Assembly (NCBI GenBank): GCA_000091165.1
Contig: FP565575.1
Coordinates: forward strand, 1,050,001-1,082,000
Source: Candidatus Methylomirabilis oxygeniifera
Lineage (GTDB): Bacteria; Methylomirabilota; Methylomirabilia; Methylomirabilales; Methylomirabilaceae
Length of the DNA stretch: 32,000 nucleotides
Direction: 5' to 3'
Shown: piece after piece, positions 5,992 to 15,534 of the stretch
How the letters are laid out: each line of letters opens with the position of its first letter
Position numbering within the stretch: position 1 is the stretch's first letter
Made by a program: the position numbers and the translations under genes
Notes under the pieces: model-generated
The model's input: only the letters and a program-made list of their open reading frames with translations
Told to the model about the DNA's origin: nothing
Database searches by the model: none

Positions 5992-8709
5992 CTACTTGCC
6001 GGCGCGGGTGCGAAGCTCCTTCAGCGCAGACTCCAGGCGTTTGACTTCATCGCCGTAGCCGGCGAAGTTGCCCTGCCGAAGTAGGTCCTGTGCCCGCGTA
6101 TAATGGTCGTAGGCGCGAGCGGCCAGCGCCTTGAGTGAACTGTCAACCTCTGCGGGTGCCCCCACGGGGGCCCCCGGAATCATGGCCGTGACAGGGCCCC
6201 TCGCCGCGCCGCCAAAGACTCTGGCCAGAGCGCCGTCGAGTGTTTCTTCCATGGCGATCGAGTTCCCATGCGCGACGATGATCCGCTTCAACTCCGGCAG
6301 CGACCCCTTCTCGGCCGCCAGGTAGAGTGGCTGGACATAGAGCAGTGACCGCTCGATCGGGATGGCCAGCATGCTGCCTCGGATCACGGTAGAGCCGCGT
6401 TGGCTCCAGAGCGAGAGCTGCTGCGAGATAAAGGAGTCCTGGTCGATACGGGCGTTGATCTGCCGCGGACCGTAGACCATCTTCGCCTTGGGGAAGTTGA
6501 AGGCGGTCAGCTTCCCGTAGTTCGGCGGGTCGCTGCGGGCTGCGAGCCAGGCGATCATATTGTCTTTCTTGTTCGGTGTGAACGGTAAGAGGAGGATAAA
6601 CTCTTCCTTCGTCTCGTCCGGAAGCCGCATGATGGTATGGTACGGCTCCATCTCGGCAGGAATGCTCCAGAGATCTTCTTTGTTGTAAAACACCTGGGGG
6701 TCCTGCATATGGTAGGTGCTGTAGAGTCTGGCCTGGATGTTGAACATCCCTTGAGGATAGCGAAGATGGCTCTTCAGGTCGTCCGGCATCGCCTCGAGCG
6801 GTTGAAACAGTCCAGGGAATGCCCGGTCGTAGGCCTTGATCACGGGATCTGTCTGATCGGCGATGTAGAAGCTGAGGCTCCCGTTGTAGGCGTCTACCAC
6901 CACCTTGACCGAGTTGCGAATATAGTTGCCCACGCCGCGGATCGGTTCGGAATACGGGTACATATCCGAGATGGTGTAGGCGTCGATGATCCAAAACAGA
7001 CGGCCGTCCTTGGCGATAACCATATACGCGTCCCGATCGAAGCTTAAAAAGGGCGCCGCCTTCTGGACTCGCTCGGAGATCTGTCGGTGATACATGATCC
7101 TGCTGTCCAACGTCAGGTCTTGTGAGAGGAGGATCTTGAGCGTCCCGAAGCGGGTGGCGAACAGGAGTTTTCGTCCGAGGGTCGTGAGCGGCACACCCCC
7201 GTCGCCGGTATACGTGCTGTAGACGTTTTTATCGCCTGAGGGGTAATCCAACTCCTGGGCTTGCGTCTTGACGATGACGTAGTCGTTAGCGACCTCGCTG
7301 TAGTAGATCTCCGGACGCGTGACCTTGATCGGCGTGGTGGAGACCGGCGGGATGTCCTTGATCAGGAACTCCGGTAGCCCCTCCGGAGTAACCCGGTTGA
7401 CGGGTCCGAGGACGACCCCGTAGCCGTGGGTAAAGATCAGGTGTTCATTGATCCAACTTCGACCCGGCAGATGTTGCTGCGACATCTCTCTGGCCGAGAT
7501 CATGACCTGCCGGTACTCGCCGTCGATCTGGTACCGGTCGTTGTCCACGTCCATAAACTTATAGTAGGTCCGGATCTCCTGGAGCTGGCCGTACGTCGTG
7601 AGCAACGGACGATGATCCCAGAGACGGATATTTTTGATCGTCAGATCGTTGCGTCGCAGGTCTTCGCGGGTCAGGGTTTCCTCGGCCGGAAACTCTCGCT
7701 CATCGATCCGGTCGAGTCCATAGGCCTGCCGGGTGAAATGAATGTTGTGGGTGATGTAGGGACTTTCGGCCACGATCTCATTCGGAACGACGCGGAAGCG
7801 CTGGATAAAACTCGGATAGAGACCCAGACCGATGAGGCTGGCAAGAACCAACATGCCGATGCCGACCAGGACCAATCGCCAGCCGCGCTGGAAGATTTGG
7901 GCCAGGCAGAGGAGGGCGACAAAAATGGCCAGGATCGTCAGAAAATTGAGGGCCGGGAGGCTGGCGTTGATGTCGCTATAGCTGGCGCCGAAGACCATTC
8001 CGCTGGGGGAGTAGAGGAGCTGGTAGGTGTCGAGTCGGTAGCCAACGGCCTTAATCACGAACAGCAATGCGCCGAGCACAAGCAGGTGTGTCCTCGCCAG
8101 GCGCGCAATAATCGGCCCGCGGTTCGTGATCTGTATGCCCCTGAAGAGAACGTAGGTCATAGCGGTCACGAAGAGGATCAGGATGACTGAGCTGATCAGC
8201 CAACCATACAGGAAGTTGAGGAAGGGCAGCTTGAAGACATAGAACCCGACATCCTGCCGAAAGATCGGGTCCTCAATATCAAAAGGTAATGCGTTGGCAA
8301 AGCGGATGTAACGTTCCCATGCGGCGGCCGCCCGGAATGCCGAGAAGACCCCGAGTCCGAGAACGCCGGGGATCAAGAGGCGGCGGAAGTACGGTTCGAT
8401 GATAAAACGGCTGGGAAGTCCGAACCTGTCCTCGACCTCGAGGAGGACATCGGTGGCGGTCAATCGACTGGCCATGTACAGGTTCACGTACAGCAGGACC
8501 GCGAAGGTCAGGCCGAACGCGACAGCCAGCGTCAGTTGCGTCCTGAGCATCGTGACGAAGACGTTGGTCAGTCTCACCTCCTGAAACCAAAGCCAGTCTG
8601 AGTAGAGGGGGACCGTCTGGCTTCCAAGCACAAGGACGACCAGCAGGATCAGGACGTAGGCGATCTGCCTGCCCTTCAGTTCACCAGCGCTTCCATTGTA
8701 TTGCGCCAT
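5992..8709 (-). CDS. UPF0182 family (COG1615) integral membrane protein
   Basis: 905 aa; multi-TM N-terminus followed by large soluble domain with YPSFIQRFRVVPNEIVAESPYITHNIHFTRQAYGLDRI and related family-typical blocks. Confidence 0.9.
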   Translation of the reverse strand: MAQYNGSAGELKGRQIAYVLILLVVLVLGSQTVPLYSDWLWFQEVRLTNVFVTMLRTQLTLAVAFGLTFAVLLYVNLYMASRLTATDVLLEVEDRFGLPSRFIIEPYFRRLLIPGVLGLGVFSAFRAAAAWERYIRFANALPFDIEDPIFRQDVGFYVFKLPFLNFLYGWLISSVILILFVTAMTYVLFRGIQITNRGPIIARLARTHLLVLGALLFVIKAVGYRLDTYQLLYSPSGMVFGASYSDINASLPALNFLTILAIFVALLCLAQIFQRGWRLVLVGIGMLVLASLIGLGLYPSFIQRFRVVPNEIVAESPYITHNIHFTRQAYGLDRIDEREFPAEETLTREDLRRNDLTIKNIRLWDHRPLLTTYGQLQEIRTYYKFMDVDNDRYQIDGEYRQVMISAREMSQQHLPGRSWINEHLIFTHGYGVVLGPVNRVTPEGLPEFLIKDIPPVSTTPIKVTRPEIYYSEVANDYVIVKTQAQELDYPSGDKNVYSTYTGDGGVPLTTLGRKLLFATRFGTLKILLSQDLTLDSRIMYHRQISERVQKAAPFLSFDRDAYMVIAKDGRLFWIIDAYTISDMYPYSEPIRGVGNYIRNSVKVVVDAYNGSLSFYIADQTDPVIKAYDRAFPGLFQPLEAMPDDLKSHLRYPQGMFNIQARLYSTYHMQDPQVFYNKEDLWSIPAEMEPYHTIMRLPDETKEEFILLLPFTPNKKDNMIAWLAARSDPPNYGKLTAFNFPKAKMVYGPRQINARIDQDSFISQQLSLWSQRGSTVIRGSMLAIPIERSLLYVQPLYLAAEKGSLPELKRIIVAHGNSIAMEETLDGALARVFGGAARGPVTAMIPGAPVGAPAEVDSSLKALAARAYDHYTRAQDLLRQGNFAGYGDEVKRLESALKELRTRAGK

Positions 8710-8740
8710 CGTTGCTCCCGTATTGCGCTCGGAAAGACAT

Positions 8741-9973
8741 CTAGATGAGTTGGAGTGCCTGTCCCGTCTCGGCCAGAGCTGTCAGTGCGGCATCAAGATC
8801 TGCCGTGTCGTGCGAGGCTGTCACAGTGAGACGGATCCGTTCAGTCCCGCGCGGAACGGCAGGGTAGCGGATCCCCTGAGCAAAGACGCCGCGGTTCAGG
8901 AGTTCCTGACAGAAGCGCATCGTGCGTTCGGGCTCACCCAGGATCAGAGGGATGATCTGAGTTCCGTTCTCGTTCACCTCAAATCCGATCTCCTGCAGTC
9001 CCGCCCTTATATACCGGGTGTTGTCCCACAGCCGTTGTCGCCGCTCAGGCTCTTGCTCTACGATGGTCAGCGCATCGAGTAGGGTTGCCGGCACTGCAGG
9101 CGGCAACGCGCAGGTAAAGATAAAGGGCCTTGCCCGATTGATGAGGTGCTCGATGACGGTGCGGCTTCCGACGACGTAGCCGCCGAAGGCGCCCAGCGCT
9201 TTGGCGAGGCTTCCGGTTTCGATGTCGATTCGGCCCAGCACGCCCGTTGCCTCGACGGTTCCGCGCCCGGTCTCACCCAGTACGCCGGTGCCGTGGGAGT
9301 CGTCCACCATCGTCAGGCAGCCGTAGCGTTCCGCCAGTTCGACGATCTCCCTCAAGGGCGCCACGTCTCCATCCATGCTGTAGAGGCCATCGACCACGAT
9401 AAGCCGTCGCCCGGTGGAAGTCTCTTTTCTCAAGAGATCCTCCAGAACGGCGACGTCGTTGTGCGGAAAGACCCTGACCTGGGCGCGTGACAGCCGACAG
9501 CCGTCGACGATGCTGGCATGGTTCAGCGCATCGCTGAACACCGCATCCTGTGAGTCCATCAGGGCGGAGATCACGCCCAGGTTGGCCTGATACCCGGTGC
9601 TGAACAGAAGGGCAGCCTCGACCTGTTTGAAGCGGGCGAGTCGCTCCTCTAATTGAGGATAGAGATCGTAGTTACCCGAGATCAGACGGGCCGAGGCGGC
9701 GGCGCAGCCGTACCGCATGGTGGCCTGACAGGCGGCCTCTTTCAGTTGTGGGTGGCAGGCTAGGCCGAGGTAGTCGCTTCCGGCGAGGTGGATCACCTCT
9801 CTGCCGTCTACATAAATTCGTGGGCCTTGTGGACCGTCGACCTGTCTGAGCCAGCGGTACTGGCCCTCGATCTTCAGACCGTCCAACTCGCGCTGAAGCG
9901 ACTGAGCCATATCTTGGCGCAGACGTGGATCATCACAGGTTGGCAGTACCTTTGTGTTCTCGGCGGAGAGCAT
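8741..9973 (-). CDS. AONS/KBL-type PLP-dependent alpha-oxoamine synthase (8-amino-7-oxononanoate synthase / glycine C-acetyltransferase family)
   Basis: LAGSDYLGLACHPQ, VDDSHGTGVLGETGRG, DIETGSLAKALGAFGGYVVG motifs; start set at 9973 (MLSAENTK) because of the -10 placement; track ORF extends to 10084. Confidence 0.85.
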   Translation of the reverse strand: MLSAENTKVLPTCDDPRLRQDMAQSLQRELDGLKIEGQYRWLRQVDGPQGPRIYVDGREVIHLAGSDYLGLACHPQLKEAACQATMRYGCAAASARLISGNYDLYPQLEERLARFKQVEAALLFSTGYQANLGVISALMDSQDAVFSDALNHASIVDGCRLSRAQVRVFPHNDVAVLEDLLRKETSTGRRLIVVDGLYSMDGDVAPLREIVELAERYGCLTMVDDSHGTGVLGETGRGTVEATGVLGRIDIETGSLAKALGAFGGYVVGSRTVIEHLINRARPFIFTCALPPAVPATLLDALTIVEQEPERRQRLWDNTRYIRAGLQEIGFEVNENGTQIIPLILGEPERTMRFCQELLNRGVFAQGIRYPAVPRGTERIRLTVTASHDTADLDAALTALAETGQALQLI

Positions 9974-9982
9974 TGTGTGGGC

Positions 9983-10012
9983 ATTATAGAGGAAGTCATG
10001 ACTGGTGGGCAA
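9983..10012 (-). promoter_or_regulatory. Promoter of the AONS/KBL-type gene
   Basis: Minus strand TTGCCC - 18 nt - TATAAT, with TATAAT only 9 nt upstream of ATG 9973; same arrangement is retained in the pseudogene copy at 12.8 kb. Confidence 0.55.
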
Positions 10013-10267
10013 CCGGAATCGGACGTCGCCCGATCTCTTCGTGAGGCGCGCGACCGCTGGCCCTCGGACCCATACTCTGCACACAACCAGGAAAGGGGCC
10101 CGCGTAGACCAGCGTCATCGCCCGCAGGCTCAGCCGTTGGGAAGTCGCAGCCGAGGTTAACAAGCTGAACGGTCCTGGCGCGCCAAATTGACACACCGTT
10201 CGGGTTCGAAGTAGATCAGCTTGGTAGCTAGCCCCAGGAATGCTGGTAACTGAAATCAGCGGCGCGA

Positions 10268-11971
10268 TCATGATGTCGAGTTGTCTGGCTTGAATGCAGC
10301 TCGTCGAATCTGGATCAATGCCTCGGCTTTCGCAGCCGAGAGCCCAAAATGTTCCAGTGACCAGCGGAGAAATTCCATGCCAGCTTCGAACTCTGGCATT
10401 ACGACCTCGGACGCGCCGGCCTTCCGCAGGCGCTCAAGCTCGATGGGGTTGTGCCCCCTTGCGATAATCTCGAGGGAAGGACGAATCTGAAGGGCCTCCC
10501 TGATCGTCTGCTCTGCAGCCGCGACATCATAATGGGTGACGACCAGCAACTTCGCTCGCTCCACGCCGGCTGCCTTGAGGATATGGCGATTACTGGCGTC
10601 TCCGAAGAGACACGGCTCGCGCTGGCGCCGAAGCTCTTCGACACGAATCGGGTTCAGTTCAATCGCGACATACGGGATTCCGCAAGCGCGGAGTTGTGTT
10701 ACGATCTCACCTCCAACTCGACCGCAGCCGCAAACTACGAGGTGATTGGCATGCCGCGCGGCCTCCACCTGTGGGCCCTCAGACAGGGCCGGTTCCTCGA
10801 CGGCACGGCCCATGCGCCGAAGCAACAGGGGGGCGCTATGGCGAAGGAGGGGTGGGTTCATGACGATGGAAATTAGCGCGGCGCCAAGCACTACTCCGTA
10901 TAGGTCTTCGCTGATGAAACTTCGATCTACTCCAAGCTTGGCCAATACGAATGAGAGTTCGCCTACCTGGGCGAGGAATAAGCCTGTCATAATGGCTGTG
11001 GACCATGTGTAGCCGAAGGCACGGGTGATCATTGCGGTAAGCGCGGGCTTGAGGAGCATGATCATGAGGACGACGGCCAGGAGAGTCCAGGGGTACTGCC
11101 AGAGGATGGCTGGGTTGGTAAGCATTCCAATCGAGACGAAGAAGAGGCTGGCAAAGAGGTCTCGGCTTGGCACCAGTTCAGCCAGTACCTGGTGGCTATA
11201 GTGCGAACGGCTCACGACGAGGCCGGCCAAGTAGGCTCCAAGCGCGGGTGACAGCCCAAGGGCAGCCAAGCCAACGGTGGTGCCGATAACCACGAGAACA
11301 ACCGTCAGTAAGAAGAGTTCCCTTGAGCGAAGGCGCGCGACGGAGGTGAACAGAGCGGGCAGGAAGAGGCTCGAGACGAGGTATGCGCCGATCAACAGCA
11401 ACAGTGCGTTGCCGAGCGCGAGCAACAGCGGGCGCACGACGTCATCTCCGGGAGCGGCCCAAGCAGGGAGTAGGACTATCATGGCGACCAGGCTCATGTC
11501 CTGGAGGAGGGCAATCCCTATCGTGATCTCTCCGTGAGGCGCATCCATCTCGGCGCGGTCTAAGAGAAGTTTGAGGATGACCATCGTGCTGGAAAGGGAC
11601 ACAATCCCGCCGAAAAACAGCTGCTGGAGCAGTGGGAAACCCATGAGTTTGCCGACTGCCATTCCCGTTGCTGCAGTGAGGACCACTTGGAGCAGCCCAC
11701 CTCCGATGGCGATCCCGCGGACGCGGCGCAGCCGGGAGACCGGGAACTCCACGCCGAGTTCAAACATCAGGAGGATGAGCCCGATCTCCGCCAAGGTCGA
11801 AATGTTGTGGATATCGCTGACGGGTCCTGGCGTATACGGGCCGATGAGGATTCCGCCAAGCAGATAGCCGACGAGGGGAGGTTGGCCGAGTCGCTGTGCC
11901 GCTACCCCTCCAATAAACGCGGCACCGATCGCCAGGACGAGATCGCCGAAGAAGGGCAAGTCGGGCATCAT
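10268..11971 (-). CDS. CPA2-family monovalent cation:proton antiporter with C-terminal RCK/TrkA-N domain (KefB/YbaL-like)
   Basis: 567 aa; GYLLGGILIGPYTPG, LILLMFELGVEF, and Rossmann HLVVCGCGRVGGEIVTQL motif. Confidence 0.88.
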   Translation of the reverse strand: MMPDLPFFGDLVLAIGAAFIGGVAAQRLGQPPLVGYLLGGILIGPYTPGPVSDIHNISTLAEIGLILLMFELGVEFPVSRLRRVRGIAIGGGLLQVVLTAATGMAVGKLMGFPLLQQLFFGGIVSLSSTMVILKLLLDRAEMDAPHGEITIGIALLQDMSLVAMIVLLPAWAAPGDDVVRPLLLALGNALLLLIGAYLVSSLFLPALFTSVARLRSRELFLLTVVLVVIGTTVGLAALGLSPALGAYLAGLVVSRSHYSHQVLAELVPSRDLFASLFFVSIGMLTNPAILWQYPWTLLAVVLMIMLLKPALTAMITRAFGYTWSTAIMTGLFLAQVGELSFVLAKLGVDRSFISEDLYGVVLGAALISIVMNPPLLRHSAPLLLRRMGRAVEEPALSEGPQVEAARHANHLVVCGCGRVGGEIVTQLRACGIPYVAIELNPIRVEELRRQREPCLFGDASNRHILKAAGVERAKLLVVTHYDVAAAEQTIREALQIRPSLEIIARGHNPIELERLRKAGASEVVMPEFEAGMEFLRWSLEHFGLSAAKAEALIQIRRAAFKPDNSTS

Positions 11972-12404
11972 GTGTTCACCCCGAACCCACTGAGTGCAGC
12001 GGAACGTAAGTACGGTGACGCTCGCTTCTGCTCCCTCTCCAGCAGCGGGGGAGAGGGGATTGAAAAGTTACGTCGAGACAATACGTCACCGTAATTCTGG
12101 CCAGAAGGAAAAAGTGCGCAGCCGCATCCGGTGATCACGTTGTTGCGCTCGCTCTCTCGGGAGGCTGAATGCGTCCCGAGAAAGTGGGTCAGACCTTTCC
12201 GAAAGTTCTTTAACGTACTGCGCGACATCTGGTCAACCTAAATCCGGCGCCTAAAGGCGTTAGCCGCTGGCTCTCAGGCGTATAGCATGACCCTAAAATA
12301 GAGACATTGCCCCCTCACAAATATGCAAACCCGTCAATGGTGGCGGGTTGCGGTGAGGGATCACTCCTCACCAATCAGGTGAAACCACACTACCAACAGA
12401 GGGG

Positions 12405-12792
12405 CTAGGTGCGGTGAAGGGTCTGGCTCGGTTGATCAGGTATTCGATGACGGTGCGGTTTCCGACGACATAGGCCCCAAAGCCGGCAGGTGACTTGGCG
12501 AGACTTCCGGTCTCGATGTCGATCCGACCCAGCACGCCCGTCGCTCTGGTGGTCCCGCGCCCGGTCTCGCCCAGCAGGCCAGGCCAAGATAGTCGCTTCC
12601 GGCGAGGTGGATCACCTCCCTGCCGTCTACAGAAATCCGTGAGCCTTGTGGACCATCGACCTGTCTGAGCCATCGGTGCAGGCCTTCGGCCTTCAGGCTG
12701 TCCAGTTCCCGCTGAAGCGACTGAACCATGCCATCGCGTACGTGTAGAACGTCACGGGTGTCCGGCACCTGCATGTTCTCAGCAGAGATCAT
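12405..12792 (-). pseudogene. Degenerate, internally deleted copy of the AONS/KBL-type gene
   Basis: N-terminal part MISAENMQVPDTRDVL...VQSLQRELDSLKAEGLHRWLRQVDGPQGSRISVDGREVIHLAGSDYLGLAC jumps, with frame change, to LLGETGRGTTRATGVLGRIDIETGSLAK...YVVGNRTVIEYLINRARPF; central catalytic region missing. Confidence 0.85.
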
Positions 12793-12857
12793 TATCCGGT
12801 ATTATAAAGGAAGTGCGACAGGTGAGCAACCGGAACCGGCGGCAGGCACCCTACTGC

Positions 12858-14561
12858 CTATCGGTCTCGGTAGGCGTGCGTGACGTACTCGTGGATCATC
12901 CTATCCGTATTGAAGAAAGAGGCGTTCAGCGCAATCGTAAATCGCATCAACTCCGCCCATCGGAACGGCTCACCGTAGTAAAGCGGCAGGATTTGTTCCT
13001 CCAGTTTGCAGTAGAGTTCCTCTGCGTCCTTGTCATCCCGCCTCTCGAATACCGTCCTGTTGTCTCTGGAGCCGATAGCCCAGCCCGTCACCCCCTCCAC
13101 AAGCACTTCCAGCCACCAGCCGTCGAGAACGCTGAGGCTCGGCACGCCGTTGTGGGCCGCCTTCATCCCGCTGGTACCGGATGCTTCATATGGCGGCTGC
13201 GGTGTATTGAGCCAGAGGTCCGTGCCCGAGGTGAGCAACAAACCCAGATCCATATCGTAGTTGGGCAGGTAAGCGATCCTGACCTCAGGCGCGAGCTCCC
13301 TCGCCCAGTAGAATATTTTTTGAATGAGCGCCTTTCCCTCTTCATCCTTTGGATGTGCTTTGCCGGAAAAGATTACCTGCACCGGGCCGTGCTGGAACGA
13401 AATGCGCCTGAGCCGCTCCGGATCGAAAAATAGGAGATCCGGGCGCTTGTAGGACGTCGCCCTCCGTGCAAAGCCTATGGTGAAGGCGTGCTCATTCAAC
13501 TCTGCGTGCGCCAACCTGTTGACCTCTTTGATCAGCAACCGCTTGGTCTCGTCATGGGCCTGACGAATGGCGTCAAGGGGAATACCAAGGGCGTATCGCA
13601 GGAGGAAGCTGTCCTCTCGCCAATTCGGAGTGTATCGATCATACAGGGTGCGAAATGCCGGGGCGGTCCAAGTGGCGGAATGCACGCCGTTGGTGATGGA
13701 GCCGATGGCGCGATCTGAAAATAAGGTGCGTGACACCTCACTGTGCCGTTTAGTCACCCCGTTCACGTAATCGCTCAAATGGAGTGCGACGGATGTCATG
13801 TTGAGCGAGCCGTCGCAACAGCCGAGCGCTTGCACCGCATCCCACTGGTCCGGATTCAGGACGCGTTGGGCCAGATCGAGCGGAAACTGGTCGTGACCGG
13901 CGGGGAGCGGTGTGTGAGTGGTGAAGACGCAGAGGCGCTTTACCAGATCGATGGCGTCCTCCCGCCGCTGCGGCATCTGTTTGAACTCCTCGGCAAACAA
14001 CTCCAGCGCAAGTAAAGCGGCATGACCTTCGTTCATGTGAAACCGGGAGACTCGGGTGTAACCCAGCACGCGCAGCATGCGCACGCCGCCTACCCCGAGA
14101 ATGACCTCCTGGCACAGGCGGTACCGCTGATCGCCGCCATACAGGTAGTCGGTCAGGGTGCGGTCATAGGGATCGTTGCAGGGCAGATCGGTATCCAACA
14201 GCAATACGGGAACGACGGCGCCCGACGCCCCGGTAATCAGGTACTGCCATGCGCGTACGGTGACCTGCCGCCCCTCGATCTCTACACTGATGGTGCTATC
14301 CGTCAGGTGGAGGAATTCGTCTACGGGCCAGGCAGCCGGCTCTTCATATTGACGGCCCTCTTCATCGAGTCGCTGTGAAAAGTAGCCCTTTCGGTGCAGC
14401 AACGTGACACCGACCATAGACAGCCCCAGGTCGGCAGCGCTGCGCAGCATGTCACCGGCTAATACGCCAAGCCCTCCGCTGTATGTGGGCAGAGGGCTTT
14501 CGAGTGCGACCTCCATAGAGAAGTAAGCAATGGTTCGCGGCGCGGGCCTCTCAACCTTCAT
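12858..14561 (-). CDS. glgP: Alpha-glucan (glycogen/starch) phosphorylase family protein
   Basis: AYFSMEVALESPLPTYSGGLGVLAGD, HMNEGHAALL, FSGKAHPKDEEGK, SGTSGMKAAHNGVPSLSVLDGWW motifs; start at ATG 14561 after taaGGAGGgaaac. Confidence 0.9.
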   Translation of the reverse strand: MKVERPAPRTIAYFSMEVALESPLPTYSGGLGVLAGDMLRSAADLGLSMVGVTLLHRKGYFSQRLDEEGRQYEEPAAWPVDEFLHLTDSTISVEIEGRQVTVRAWQYLITGASGAVVPVLLLDTDLPCNDPYDRTLTDYLYGGDQRYRLCQEVILGVGGVRMLRVLGYTRVSRFHMNEGHAALLALELFAEEFKQMPQRREDAIDLVKRLCVFTTHTPLPAGHDQFPLDLAQRVLNPDQWDAVQALGCCDGSLNMTSVALHLSDYVNGVTKRHSEVSRTLFSDRAIGSITNGVHSATWTAPAFRTLYDRYTPNWREDSFLLRYALGIPLDAIRQAHDETKRLLIKEVNRLAHAELNEHAFTIGFARRATSYKRPDLLFFDPERLRRISFQHGPVQVIFSGKAHPKDEEGKALIQKIFYWARELAPEVRIAYLPNYDMDLGLLLTSGTDLWLNTPQPPYEASGTSGMKAAHNGVPSLSVLDGWWLEVLVEGVTGWAIGSRDNRTVFERRDDKDAEELYCKLEEQILPLYYGEPFRWAELMRFTIALNASFFNTDRMIHEYVTHAYRDR

Positions 14562-14742
14562 AGATCTGTCGTTTCCCTCCTTACAGTCCAAAAGGACAGT
14601 ACGCCATATCCGTTGTCCCTGAACGCTATTCGCTCAATGTTGCCTCCTTATAGATAGCACAACCGGGAGGATTTTGCACCTCTTATATATATTGTCGTGA
14701 GTCGCAACCATATACGTCATTGCCTCGAAAGTCCCCCTGCGG

Positions 14743-14851
14743 GTCATTGCGAGGGAGCGAAGTAACCGAAGCAATCTCACAGTCGTTGGGGTGGGTGGTT
14801 GCCGGAAAGAACAGTGAGATTGCCACGCTCCAGTTGGTCGCTTGCAATGAC
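14743..14851. repeat. MITE-like element with 38-nt imperfect terminal inverted repeats
   Basis: GTCATTGCGAGGGAGCGAAGTAACCGAAGCAATCTCAC ... GTGAGATTGCCACGCTCCAGTTGGTCGCTTGCAATGAC; arms match at 27 of 38 positions by hand count, no coding potential. Confidence 0.7.
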
Positions 14852-15030
14852 CATGCAGCGGGTGGTGAACGAAATGAGCACAGTACCCTTGTGGCCGTTT
14901 GACTCCGTTTCTGCGTCGCGATATGATCAAATACAAGGTGATGCTTTGAGGGGCTGTTGTAATGGATCTAACGGGGAAGGGAAGGCGGGAAGGGGCGTGA
15001 AGAAGCCGTTGAAGGGCAAGGAGGAATGCC

Positions 15031-15288
15031 ATGCCGGAGATGAAGGTCGGTTATGTCAAAGAGTATTTCGCCAAGGTAGGGGTGGCTGCAATTGAGATGA
15101 CCGAGGGCCATCTGTTGGTAGGTGACACCATCCACATCAAGGGCCATACGACCGAATTCACACAGCGAGTAGATTCGATCCAACTCGAACATCTGGCGCT
15201 CCAACAAGCGGAGCCTGGCCAGTTGATCGGAGTCAAAGTCCGCGAGCGTGTTCGCTCGCACGATCAAGTCTTCAAGGTTACAGAGTAG
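15031..15288 (+). CDS. Translation elongation factor-like protein (EF-Tu domain-2-like beta barrel), 85 aa
   Basis: MKVGYVKEYFAKVGVAAIEMTEGHLLVGDTIHIKGHTTEFTQRVDSIQLEHLALQQAEPGQLIGVKVRERVRSHDQVFKV; AAGGAGG upstream; ATG 15031 or internal ATG 15040. Confidence 0.75.
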   Translation: MPEMKVGYVKEYFAKVGVAAIEMTEGHLLVGDTIHIKGHTTEFTQRVDSIQLEHLALQQAEPGQLIGVKVRERVRSHDQVFKVTE

Positions 15289-15424
15289 GAAGCAGCCGCC
15301 GGTCTGAAGCGGGTACCCGCCCTCACTGTCGTTACTGACCGTACGCGCGATGATAGATCTGCGTTCTATCGCGCTTCCGCGTTGACGCCCACGTAAAGAG
15401 TTTGACTTTTGTTTGCAGATCACG

Positions 15425-15446
15425 TAAGTATGTAAGTGCTTACTTA
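15425..15446. promoter_or_regulatory. Putative TetR-family operator
   Basis: Imperfect palindrome TAAGTATGTAA|GTGCTTACTTA (8/11 arm matches) located about 90 bp upstream of the tetR-like start. Confidence 0.5.
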
Positions 15447-15534
15447 ATGTACTACCTTGCGGCAAGCCGCGAGGAATGAACTCCTAGTGGACTCTAACTT
15501 ATCGGTTGCCATATCGCGTCATAGAGGAGCCAAG

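Noticed and set aside
6143-6994. 283-aa ORF overlapping the UPF0182 gene
   Set aside because: Alternative-frame shadow of a strongly supported gene; low-complexity Arg/Gly/Pro-rich composition.
12033-12057. CCCTCTCC...GGAGAGGG inverted repeat upstream of the antiporter gene
   Set aside because: Possible terminator or common low-complexity repeat, but it lacks a U-tract and any clear link to a gene end.
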